Shown: one piece after another, positions 55,626 to 63,995 of the stretch
Position numbering within the stretch: the stretch's first letter is position 1
Layout of the letters: each line of letters opens with the position of its first letter
NCBI GenBank assembly: GCA_964598205.1
Contig: CAZRBB010000004.1
Location: forward strand, 2,324-66,323
From: an uncultured Candidatus Saccharibacteria bacterium
GTDB taxonomy: Bacteria > Patescibacteriota > Minisyncoccia > CAIUEV01 > JAHKAQ01
Direction of reading: 5' to 3'
Length of the DNA: 64,000 bases
Position numbers and translations under genes: made by a program
The notes under the pieces: model-generated
Database searches by the model: none
What the model was told of the DNA's origin: nothing
What the model saw: the letters and a program-made list of their open reading frames with translations, nothing else

Positions 55626-56386
55626 TTAAAGCCTTAGCCTTGCCACTTTCTATTATTGTTTCTGCAATTGTTTTTTTCTTTTTTCTTTCTCCTACATATA
55701 AAGAGACTAAACGGATTAAAGAAGTAGAAATTCCATTTTTAGAAGAAAAGATTAAAAAAGAACAAGAAATAACGAAGAATATTAATTCTCTGGGAGAAGA
55801 TTATGCCCTACATAAGGAAGAATTAAAGAGATTGAAATATATTTTACCAGAAAACAAGGATGTAAAGTCTCTTTTGGTCCAGATTGAGGCTCTGCTTTTA
55901 GGAAACGGAATGGCCTATAAGAAAATAGGGATAGAAGATGTTTCCAAGTCTGCTTCTGCCAACCAATTCGTGGCTTCGGGCGTAGTTCCTTTGGCTGGAA
56001 CTTTTTCTGCTCCTTCTCCAGAACCAATAAGTATTTCTTTGGAACTAAAAGGAACATACCTTAATTTTAAAAATTTTATTAAGGAGTTAGAAGTTTTGGA
56101 TCGGATTTGTAATGTAACCTTACTGACTATTGGAAATATTGAAGTTCTTGGTGAAGTTGCTGAAATAAAAGCTCCAAGTGAAGGTGTGTCTATTGCTAAC
56201 AATGTTGTTCCAGATAAGGAGCTTGATATTAAAGTGACTTTGGAGTTTTACAGTCAAAAGCCGATAGCTAAGGAAGAAATTGAACAGGCTTTTAGGTCGG
56301 CACAAGGAGGAGCTTCTAGTCCTGTTACGACTGGATCCGACGGATCAACTCTTTCTCCAGCTACTCCGCCTCCAGCTACCCCGTAA
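55622..56386 (+). CDS. pilO: PilO-like protein (single TM)
   Basis: ATGA overlap with the upstream gene. TM LPLSIIVSAIVFFFFL. Ser/Thr/Pro-rich C-terminus. Confidence 0.5.
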   Translation: MIKALALPLSIIVSAIVFFFFLSPTYKETKRIKEVEIPFLEEKIKKEQEITKNINSLGEDYALHKEELKRLKYILPENKDVKSLLVQIEALLLGNGMAYKKIGIEDVSKSASANQFVASGVVPLAGTFSAPSPEPISISLELKGTYLNFKNFIKELEVLDRICNVTLLTIGNIEVLGEVAEIKAPSEGVSIANNVVPDKELDIKVTLEFYSQKPIAKEEIEQAFRSAQGGASSPVTTGSDGSTLSPATPPPATP

Positions 56387-56425
56387 AGTTTCTATTTTTT
56401 TAATAAAAGTTATTTTTTAAAAAGT

Positions 56426-56773
56426 ATGTTTTCTAAAAAATCAAAATTTCTTCTTATTTTTTCTTTCCTAGCGTTGGTTGGTTCCTTTTATTTTTTTGCT
56501 TTCGATTTTTCTTGGGGAGCGGAAGAAGCTTCTCTGAGCGTTCCTCCAACAGCCGGAGATCCGCTAACTAGCAGTGATCCCTCTGCTCTTAATTCGGTTG
56601 CGGCTGACACTAATTCTTCGGCGTCTTCTAGCCTTAATGTTGGTGGACTTTTAATTCCTTCTACTTTGAATAAAAAAGGAATCGAATTCCTTACTCTATT
56701 AAAGGGCAAGGGAATTTTTCCGATAATATTAGATCCAGGTACGGTGGGTAAAGAGAACATTTTCAAAAAATGA
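56426..56773 (+). CDS. Small secreted protein, unknown (PilP-like position)
   Basis: Signal/TM FLLIFSFLALVGSFYFFAF. Low-complexity Ser-rich region. Confidence 0.4.
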   Translation: MFSKKSKFLLIFSFLALVGSFYFFAFDFSWGAEEASLSVPPTAGDPLTSSDPSALNSVAADTNSSASSSLNVGGLLIPSTLNKKGIEFLTLLKGKGIFPIILDPGTVGKENIFKK

Positions 56774-56788
56774 TAAGGTAGATTTTAT

Positions 56789-58465
56789 ATGGAAAATAAA
56801 GATCTTTTAAGAGAAGAAAAGGTTATTGATTTAATAGGAAAAGAAGTTCCTTATAAAGTTTTAAGTGTTTTGGCTAAGGAAGCGGCAGATAAATACCAAA
56901 TGCTTGTTTTTGAAAAAGGAGAGAAGGTTCTTAAGGTGGCCATGGTTGATCCTGAAAATGTGGAGGCATTAAATGCTCTTCGCTTTATTGCCAATAAGCT
57001 TGGTTCAGAAGTAGAAGTCTTTCGGGTTTCAGAGGATGGATTTGCTTCGGCTTTTGTTGGTTATGATAGGGCGGAGGTGATTGTTCAAAAGGCTCAAACG
57101 GACTACATTAAAAAAGAAAAAGAGATAGAGGCAGAAAAACAGCAACGAGAAAAGATTAAGGAAGATGTTAAAACTATTGGTTCGGCGCCGATTACTAAAA
57201 TTGTAGATGTAATTTTGCAACATGCAGTTTTGGGGGGAGCGAGCGATGTGCATATTGAACCTCAGGAAAACGAATTAAGAGTGCGCTATCGAGTAGATGG
57301 TGATTTATATGAAAGCTTTAAACTTTCACGGGATTTAACGGCGGCGCTGGTTTCGCGGGTTAAAATTATGTCTAATCTAAGAATTGACGAAAAAAGAAAA
57401 CCGCAAGATGGACGCTTGCAAATAGTAATGGAAGGGCGGAAAGATGTAATAGATGTGCGGGTTTCTAGTTTGCCAACGGCGGAAGGAGAAAAGGTAGTGA
57501 TGAGAATCTTAGAAAAGCAAACAGGATTGGATCAATTTAATAATTTAGGATTGATTGGTCGGAATCAAAGAATAATAGAGAAAGGATTAGACGAACCTTA
57601 TGGAATTATTTTAGTGACTGGTCCTACTGGTAGCGGTAAATCTACCACTATTTTTACTTGTTTGCGGAAGATAAATAAGTTGGACACGAATATTGTTACC
57701 TTGGAAGATCCAGTAGAATATAAGGTTCCTGGAGTGAATCATTGTCAAGTTAATCCGGAGATTGGATTTACCTTTGCTTCTGGTCTGCGGTCTATTTTGC
57801 GTCAAGATCCGGATGTGATTATGGTAGGGGAAATTAGAGATAAGGAGACGGCGGAACTAGCGGTTCATGCTGCCCTGACCGGTCATTTAGTTCTTTCTAC
57901 ATTACATACTAACGACGCTTTAGGTGCAATTCCTCGCATGGTGGACATGGGGATTGAACCATTTCTGCTTTCTTCTAGCCTACGAGTGACTGTTGCCCAA
58001 CGATTGGTGCGACGAGTTTGTAATAATTGTAAAAAAGAAGTTAAGCCGTCGGATCGAATAAAACAGTATGTTCTAAATAGTTTAAAACTAGTCCCCCAAG
58101 AAGAGATAAAAGAACGACTGCCTAATTTTGATCCAGATAATTTTTTTGTTTGGCAGGGCATAGGATGTTCTAAATGCAAAAATACAGGAACCAAAGGAAG
58201 AATTGCGATTTATGAAGTAGTGGAATGCGGAACGGAAATGAGAAGGGTGATAGACGACAGCCTAAATGCGTCTTCTTTGGTTAATGAATTTAAAAGACAA
58301 GGAGCTACCTTAATGAGAGAAGATGGGGTTATGAAAGCATTAAATGGAGAAACAACGGTTGAAGCAGTAGAAGAGGCGACCACAGAAGACGATATTAACA
58401 AAGAAGAAGAAGTTGCCGATGAAGAAAAAAGTGTAGAAAAAGTAATGGTGGAAAACGAAACTTAA
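56789..58465 (+). CDS. pilB: Type IV pilus assembly ATPase PilB (second copy)
   Basis: GSPII_N-like N-terminus. Walker A VTGPTGSGKSTTIFTCL. Tetracysteine CNNC...CSKC. Confidence 0.9.
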   Translation: MENKDLLREEKVIDLIGKEVPYKVLSVLAKEAADKYQMLVFEKGEKVLKVAMVDPENVEALNALRFIANKLGSEVEVFRVSEDGFASAFVGYDRAEVIVQKAQTDYIKKEKEIEAEKQQREKIKEDVKTIGSAPITKIVDVILQHAVLGGASDVHIEPQENELRVRYRVDGDLYESFKLSRDLTAALVSRVKIMSNLRIDEKRKPQDGRLQIVMEGRKDVIDVRVSSLPTAEGEKVVMRILEKQTGLDQFNNLGLIGRNQRIIEKGLDEPYGIILVTGPTGSGKSTTIFTCLRKINKLDTNIVTLEDPVEYKVPGVNHCQVNPEIGFTFASGLRSILRQDPDVIMVGEIRDKETAELAVHAALTGHLVLSTLHTNDALGAIPRMVDMGIEPFLLSSSLRVTVAQRLVRRVCNNCKKEVKPSDRIKQYVLNSLKLVPQEEIKERLPNFDPDNFFVWQGIGCSKCKNTGTKGRIAIYEVVECGTEMRRVIDDSLNASSLVNEFKRQGATLMREDGVMKALNGETTVEAVEEATTEDDINKEEEVADEEKSVEKVMVENET

Positions 58466-58477
58466 ATTAAACTTAAA

Positions 58478-58885
58478 ATGCCAATAGAATTAAAAAGAAA
58501 AATCAAGAAGAAAATTTTAATAGTAGAAGATGATCCTTTTATTTCTGATATTTACTCTACCAGTTTAACTGGTCAGGGATTTGAAACGGAATTAGCTTTT
58601 AATGGCGAAGAGGCTTTAGAAAAGCTTAGGAAACAAAAATTTGACTTGATGATTTTGGATGTTCTAATGCCTAAAAAAGATGGCTTTGCTGTTTTAAAAG
58701 AAATACGGTTAAACCCTAGTCTAAAAGTTCCAGTTTTAATGCTGAGCAACCTAAATGGAGAAGAATGTGTTAAGATGGGAATGGAATTAGGGGCGGAGGA
58801 TTTTGTGGTGAAGACTCATTTTACTCCCCAAGAAGTTGTACAAAAAATAAAAGAAATAATAGAAACTAAAGGGTTAAACAATTAA
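58478..58885 (+). CDS. Single-domain response regulator (CheY-like receiver, PilH-like)
   Basis: ILIVEDDPFISD, DLMILDVLMPKKDG and the conserved Lys region. 135 aa. Confidence 0.85.
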   Translation: MPIELKRKIKKKILIVEDDPFISDIYSTSLTGQGFETELAFNGEEALEKLRKQKFDLMILDVLMPKKDGFAVLKEIRLNPSLKVPVLMLSNLNGEECVKMGMELGAEDFVVKTHFTPQEVVQKIKEIIETKGLNN

Positions 58886-58894
58886 TTTTTTAAA

Positions 58895-59965
58895 ATGAGC
58901 GTTCAAAGTCGCGGGAAAATGCAAAATCTTTTAGAATCGGTGGTTCAGCAGGGAGCTTCTGATCTTCATTTATCTATAGGTAAGCCACCTATTCTTCGAA
59001 TTGATGGAGCGCTAGTTCCTCTTTCAGATAAAAATACTCTTAATGAAAAAGAAGTCACAGAGCTGATTACTTCGGCAATGACAGAAAGTCAAAAGGCGCG
59101 ATTACAAAACGATTTAAGCATAGACTTTTCTTTTAGTTTGGCGGGTAAGGCGCGATTTCGGGCTAATGTTTTTTACCAGTTGGGAGTTTTGAGTGGTGCT
59201 TACCGTTTAATAGATTCCAGAATAAGAACGATCGACGAGCTGGGTTTACCGCCGATTATTCACGAGTTTGGTAAGCTAAAACAAGGACTGGTGCTGTTTG
59301 TGGGGCCAACTGGTCACGGTAAATCAACTTCTATGGCGGCCCTGATCGATGAAATAAATCATAATCGCACGGAGCATATAGTAACCATAGAAGATCCAAT
59401 AGAATATGTTTATCAGCAAGATTTATGCGTTGTTAATCAAAGAGAGGTTGGTCACGATGTGCTTTCTTTTGAAAGTGGCTTACGATCGGCGTTCCGAGAA
59501 GATATTGATGTGATTCTTTTGGGAGAAATGCGAGATTTGGAAACCATTAGCACGGCGATTACGGCGGCAGAAACAGGACATCTTATTTTTTCTACACTGC
59601 ATACTAACGATTCTTGGCAAACAATAGACCGGATTATAGATGTTTTTCCTGGGAATCAGCAAAATCAAATTCGATCACAGTTGGCGAGCGTTCTAGAAGG
59701 TATTGTTTCTCAAAGATTAATTTCTAAAACTGGTGGTGGGCGGGTTCCGGCAGTGGAGGTGCTTTTAAGAAACGACGCAGTAGAAAATCTGATTCGCGAA
59801 GGGCAAACTCACCAAATTACTAATGTTTTAGAAACAAGCACCGAACAGGGAATGCAATCTATTAATCGTTCCTTGGCGGAATTGGTGCAAAAAGGAGAAA
59901 TAAGCATTGACGATGCCGAATCTTATGCTTCCGATAGAGATATTTTTCATATGTTGATTAAATAA
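58895..59965 (+). CDS. pilT: Twitching-motility retraction ATPase PilT
   Basis: Walker A VGPTGHGKSTS. PilT-size (356 aa) with no GSPII_N domain. AIRNLIRE-like motif as AVENLIRE. Confidence 0.9.
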   Translation: MSVQSRGKMQNLLESVVQQGASDLHLSIGKPPILRIDGALVPLSDKNTLNEKEVTELITSAMTESQKARLQNDLSIDFSFSLAGKARFRANVFYQLGVLSGAYRLIDSRIRTIDELGLPPIIHEFGKLKQGLVLFVGPTGHGKSTSMAALIDEINHNRTEHIVTIEDPIEYVYQQDLCVVNQREVGHDVLSFESGLRSAFREDIDVILLGEMRDLETISTAITAAETGHLIFSTLHTNDSWQTIDRIIDVFPGNQQNQIRSQLASVLEGIVSQRLISKTGGGRVPAVEVLLRNDAVENLIREGQTHQITNVLETSTEQGMQSINRSLAELVQKGEISIDDAESYASDRDIFHMLIK

Positions 59966-59996
59966 AAGATTTATAGGGGTAAGTCTTAAAATAAAT

Positions 59997-61208
59997 ATGG
60001 ATTTTAAATACAAGGCAAAAAATTTACAAGGAGGTGTGCAGACTGGAGTGGTAAAGGCGGCTGATCAAACTGCCGCCATGGATGTTTTGGCAAAAAACAA
60101 TCTGGATGTTTTTATGATAGAGCCGGTTCGCTTGATTGGTGGAATTTCTTTGATTTTATCTAATTTTTTCAATAGGATTTCTCCTAAGGATTTGGTTATT
60201 TTTTCTAGACAACTTTCTGTGCTTATTAAATCTAATGTGTCGGTGATCAAGTCTCTAAAGATTATTTCCGAACAAACAGAAAGTGGTGGTATGAAAAATG
60301 TTTGCGTGCAAATGGCTACGGCGGTAGAAGAAGGTAAATCGCTAGCAGATGCGGTGGCGCTTTTCCCAAAGCAGTTTGATAATTTTTTTGCAAGTGTTAT
60401 TCGGAGTGGGGAAACTTCTGGGAATTTAGAGCATTCGCTAATTTATTTGGCTGACCATGTGGAGCGAGCTTACGAACTAAAAAGAAAAATCAAAGGAGCA
60501 ATGATGTATCCAGTGGCTATTTTGACGGCTTTTTGCGGAATTTTCTTTTTTTTAATGGTAAAGGTTTTGCCACAGTTAACAGACATTTTGACTGAATCTG
60601 GGGTTGCGTTGCCTTGGACTACTAAGTTGATTATTTGGTTGTCTGACTTTATGAAGGCTCACTGGGTAATTACCCTTGCCATGATTCTTATAACAATAGG
60701 TACATTCTTTTATTACAGTCGAACAAAGGCTGGGAAAAAGCAGTTCGACACTTTAATCTTTAGAATACCGGTTATTGGAACTGTAATTCGGTTTGCGTAT
60801 ATTGCACGGTTTGCTGAGAATTTACGGGTGCTTTTAACGGAGGGTATTTCTCTTGTAAAGGCACTAGATATTATGGCGGCTGTAATGGATAATGAGGTTT
60901 ATCGGATTCTGTTATTGCGGATTATGAAAAATGTGGAGAAGGGAAAGAGCATGACAGAGGCGATGCTGGAAGATGAACAGGCCTTTCCTAGAATGGTTTC
61001 GCAAATGATTAAGATTGGAGAAGATTCAGGAAGAACAACGGAAATTTTAGAAAATATTGAAAATTTTTACACCAAGGAAGTAAACAATATGACAGAAAAC
61101 ATGACTACTTTAATTGAACCGCTTTTAATTGTTATATTGGGATTAGGTACTGGTATTTTGGTGGTTGCAATTATTATGCCGATATATGACATGGCGGGAG
61201 CAATGTAG
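59997..61208 (+). CDS. pilC: Type IV pilus platform protein PilC (second copy)
   Basis: Duplicated GspF domains. 403 aa. Confidence 0.9.
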   Translation: MDFKYKAKNLQGGVQTGVVKAADQTAAMDVLAKNNLDVFMIEPVRLIGGISLILSNFFNRISPKDLVIFSRQLSVLIKSNVSVIKSLKIISEQTESGGMKNVCVQMATAVEEGKSLADAVALFPKQFDNFFASVIRSGETSGNLEHSLIYLADHVERAYELKRKIKGAMMYPVAILTAFCGIFFFLMVKVLPQLTDILTESGVALPWTTKLIIWLSDFMKAHWVITLAMILITIGTFFYYSRTKAGKKQFDTLIFRIPVIGTVIRFAYIARFAENLRVLLTEGISLVKALDIMAAVMDNEVYRILLLRIMKNVEKGKSMTEAMLEDEQAFPRMVSQMIKIGEDSGRTTEILENIENFYTKEVNNMTENMTTLIEPLLIVILGLGTGILVVAIIMPIYDMAGAM

Positions 61209-61212
61209 TATG

Positions 61213-61390
61213 ATAAAGGTCACGGTTAAATGGGTGAATGGATTTTTCGATTGGCGCATTTCATCGTTAAAACCTCCGTCGCTTGCTCTGCGTAACGCCA
61301 TTACGCTTCGCTCGCTTACTCGGTTTTGCCTCGAACTGCATTAAAAATAAAGGTCACGGTTAAATGGGTGAATGGATTTTTCGATTGGCG
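61213..61390. repeat. Family-B element copy B3 (61257-61346) bracketed by a perfect 44-bp direct repeat
   Basis: ATAAAGGTCACGGTTAAATGGGTGAATGGATTTTTCGATTGGCG occurs at 61213-61256 and again at 61347-61390. The B core CATTTCATCGTTAAAACC...GGTTTTGCCTCGAACTG lies between them. Confidence 0.75.
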
Positions 61391-61457
61391 TATTTCTTCG
61401 GAGAAGTTATAAACCATTTTTTATGGTAAAAACAAAAAGAGAGGGGGTGAGCGTTAA

Positions 61458-61859
61458 GTGAGAACAAAACAAAAAGGGTTTACAATGGTAGAACTTTTAG
61501 TAGTGATTGCCATTATTGGAATCTTAGCTTCCATTGCTTTGATTTCTTACAATAATGTTCAAAATAAAGCCAAAGATAAAGCGGCTATTGGAGAAATGAC
61601 TCAATTAAGAACTCAAGCGCAAGTTTTTTATGATGATACTGCCAATGTTTACACTGGTTTTTGTGCCGATGCCGAGACTACTAGAATTGCCGGAAGTATT
61701 GCCGATCATGGCGGAACTGCATTTAATTGTGATGCTGGAACCGATGAATGGGCAGCAGAAGTGACCCTGGCGGGTGGTACTATTTATTGCGTTGATTCTT
61801 CTGGAACTTCCAAAACTATTGCAGCTACCAAAGGAGCGGATACGACGGTTTGCGAATAA
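61458..61859 (+). CDS. pilA: Type IV pilin (probable major pilin)
   Basis: GTG start. Leader (M)RTKQKG then FTMVELLVVIAIIGILASIAL. Strong hairpin terminator follows. Confidence 0.8.
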   Translation: MRTKQKGFTMVELLVVIAIIGILASIALISYNNVQNKAKDKAAIGEMTQLRTQAQVFYDDTANVYTGFCADAETTRIAGSIADHGGTAFNCDAGTDEWAAEVTLAGGTIYCVDSSGTSKTIAATKGADTTVCE

Positions 61860-61867
61860 GTTATTAA

Positions 61868-61908
61868 CTTTTACAAGCCTCATCTTTTGGGGTGAGGCTT
61901 GTAAGGTT
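61868..61908 (+). terminator. Hairpin terminator after the pilin gene
   Basis: ACAAGCCTCATC-TTTTGG-GGTGAGGCTTGT. Confidence 0.55.
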
Positions 61909-61974
61909 GGCTGATATGGTTTAAAATGAACAAAATCGAAATTAATAAATTTTAATAAACAGAAGAATAAAAAA

Positions 61975-62541
61975 ATGAAGACAAAAATGAAGACCAAAAT
62001 GAAGACCAAAATGAAGACCAAAGCAAAGAAAGTGACCAAGCCAAAAACCAAGAAGAAGCCCGTGGCTAAGCCAAAGACAAAATTAAAGGTAAAACCAAAA
62101 ACCAAGAAAAGAGGGTTTACTTTAATAGAAATGTTAATTGTGGTGGCAATTATTGGTGTTTTGGCGACGGTAGTATTGGTAGCGGTGGTTCAAGCTAGAA
62201 AAAAGTCTAACGCTACACAAGCTAAAGCACTAGTGTCTCAATACATGCAGGCGTTAGAAATGTATAAAGCAAATGGTTGTGATGGATCTCTGGCAATCAG
62301 CACTCCTTTTAACGGTCTTCCATTGAAGGATTGCAACAATGAAGTATTAATGGAAAGGTTCGTTAATATATCTGTTCCCGGTGTTCTTCCTGCTGGTATG
62401 ACGTATACTTGGGCAACAATGACATATAATGACTATGAAATGACTATAAAAGGCTTTAGTGACGGTGAGATTTTCATATGTAAAAATGGGGCTTGTACTT
62501 GTTCTACCCAGCTCCAGACTAGCTGTACTAAGTCCAAATAA
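61975..62541 (+). CDS. Type IV pilin with an unusually long lysine-rich leader of tandem MKTK repeats
   Basis: MKTKMKTKMKTKMKTKAKKVTKPKTKKKPVAKPKTKLKVKPKTKKRG then FTLIEMLIVVAIIGVLATVVL. The DNA carries tandem ATGAAGACCAAA units. Confidence 0.7.
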   Translation: MKTKMKTKMKTKMKTKAKKVTKPKTKKKPVAKPKTKLKVKPKTKKRGFTLIEMLIVVAIIGVLATVVLVAVVQARKKSNATQAKALVSQYMQALEMYKANGCDGSLAISTPFNGLPLKDCNNEVLMERFVNISVPGVLPAGMTYTWATMTYNDYEMTIKGFSDGEIFICKNGACTCSTQLQTSCTKSK

Positions 62542-62567
62542 TTTTTCTGTACTTGTTTGAATAACAA

Positions 62568-62600
62568 AAACGGCTTTCTTTTTGGGGGGAGCCGTTTTGA
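62568..62600 (+). terminator. Hairpin terminator after the second pilin gene
   Basis: AAAACGGCT-TTCTTTTTGGGGGG-AGCCGTTTT. Confidence 0.5.
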
Positions 62601-62701
62601 TTTAGGTTTAAAATGATTTTTTGGGAGTGATTTTATTTTTTGTTATACTGTTAGGCAGTCTGAGCTAGGGTCATTATTTGGGAGCAATAAAAATAATAGA
62701 A

Positions 62702-63544
62702 ATGATTATTTTTCTCTTCTTTGTTTTTCTTTTTGGTCTTATTTTTGGTTCTTTTTTAAATGCGCTTCTTTACCGTTTAGAAAAAGAAAAAGATTTTGTT
62801 TGGGAGCGTTCCTGTTGCCCCAAATGTGGGAAGCTGATTAGCTGGTACAACAACATTCCTTTATTAAGCTTTGTGTTTTTGGGTGGTAAGTGTCGTGATT
62901 GCAAGAAGCCGATCAGTTGGCGGTATCCGTTGGGTGAATTTTTAACGGCAGTGCTGGGCGGTGTTGCGTTGATGGCTTTTTGGCCAGTAATTGGTCTTGG
63001 CTTGGAAGATATTTCTTTATGGATTGTTTTTTTTGGTTTTTACATACTTTCTGTTTGTGCAGTTTTATTAGGGGTTTTTCTTTATGATTTAAAACATTAT
63101 TTAATTCCCGATGAGCTTTTGATTTGGGGGGGAGTGGTGGCTTTTTTGTTTAATATTTTTTCTGATTTTAAGTTTTACGATTTTTCTAATTTGGGGCTTT
63201 CTTTTTTTACTAGAAGTTTGACTGGATCGGGAATATTAGCGGCCCTGATTGCTGGTGGTTTCTTTTTTGGCTTGGTATATTTTTCCCGTGAAAAATGGAT
63301 GGGGTGGGGAGATGTTAAGCTTGGGCTTTTAATGGGGGTTCTGTTGGGTTTTCCTAGGATTCTAGCGGCGCTTTTTTTGGCGTATTTGGTTGGGGCGGTG
63401 GTTTCTGTTTTCTTGGTAGTCTTAAAAAAGAAAAAGTTTAAATCGGAAGTTCCTTTTGGTCCCTTTCTGTGCGCGGCGACCTTTGTGGTTTGGCTTTGGG
63501 GTGAAGAGATTATTAGTTGGTACTTTAGAATTTTGAATTTTTAA
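62702..63544 (+). CDS. pilD: Prepilin peptidase (A24 family, leader peptidase / N-methyltransferase)
   Basis: N-terminal zinc-binding CCPKCG...CRDCKK. Multiple TM helices. GWGDVKLG catalytic-Asp region. The start is set at the ATG (MIIFLFF). The six-frame ORF begins at a TTG 24 nt upstream at 62678. Confidence 0.85.
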   Translation: MIIFLFFVFLFGLIFGSFLNALLYRLEKEKDFVWERSCCPKCGKLISWYNNIPLLSFVFLGGKCRDCKKPISWRYPLGEFLTAVLGGVALMAFWPVIGLGLEDISLWIVFFGFYILSVCAVLLGVFLYDLKHYLIPDELLIWGGVVAFLFNIFSDFKFYDFSNLGLSFFTRSLTGSGILAALIAGGFFFGLVYFSREKWMGWGDVKLGLLMGVLLGFPRILAALFLAYLVGAVVSVFLVVLKKKKFKSEVPFGPFLCAATFVVWLWGEEIISWYFRILNF

Positions 63545-63620
63545 TTTTGAATTTTGAAATAATTTTGAAATTGGAATTTTAAAACAAGACAGAATTTCTA
63601 ATTTTGAAACAGAACATTTT

Positions 63621-63995
63621 GTCATTCCGAGCGTTAGCGAGGAATCCCTTTTACTAAAAAAATGAGAGACTATAATTTTTTTGTTTATATTGTTGCTAGC
63701 GATTCAGGAACTTTATATACCGGAGTAACCAACAATCTCAAAAGAAGGATCTGGGAACATAAAAATGGTTTTTTCGAAGGTTTTTCTAAAAAATATAAAT
63801 GTCATAAGTTGATTTTTATGGAAAGATTTCAATATGTTAAAGACGCTATTGTTGCTGAAAAGAGAATTAAGGGATGGAGCCGAAAAAAGAAAGAAGATTT
63901 AATTGGAATAAAGAATCCTTGTTGGAAAGATTTAAGCGTTGGCTTGTAATAATAAGGATGGCTCAAGGGATTCCTCGCTGCGTTCGGAATGACAG
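63621..63995. mobile_element. Compact element: GIY-YIG nuclease ORF bounded by roughly 30-bp terminal inverted repeats
   Basis: Left IR GTCATTCCGAGCGTTAGCGAGGAATCCCTT (63621-63650). Right IR AAGGGATTCCTCGCTGCGTTCGGAATGACAG (63965-63995). The ORF lies between them. Confidence 0.65.
63662..63949 (+). CDS. GIY-YIG nuclease family protein (UPF0213-like), 95 aa
   Basis: FFVYIVASDSGTLYTGVTNNLKRRIWEHKNG...KLIFMERF contains the GIY-YIG core (YIV...Y.G, R, E). Confidence 0.75.
   Translation: MRDYNFFVYIVASDSGTLYTGVTNNLKRRIWEHKNGFFEGFSKKYKCHKLIFMERFQYVKDAIVAEKRIKGWSRKKKEDLIGIKNPCWKDLSVGL

Noticed and set aside
61605-62105. 166-aa minus-strand ORF spanning the two pilin genes
   Set aside because: Antisense of pilin genes and of the MKTK repeat, with a Phe-rich repetitive translation. 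It spans an intergenic terminator hairpin.
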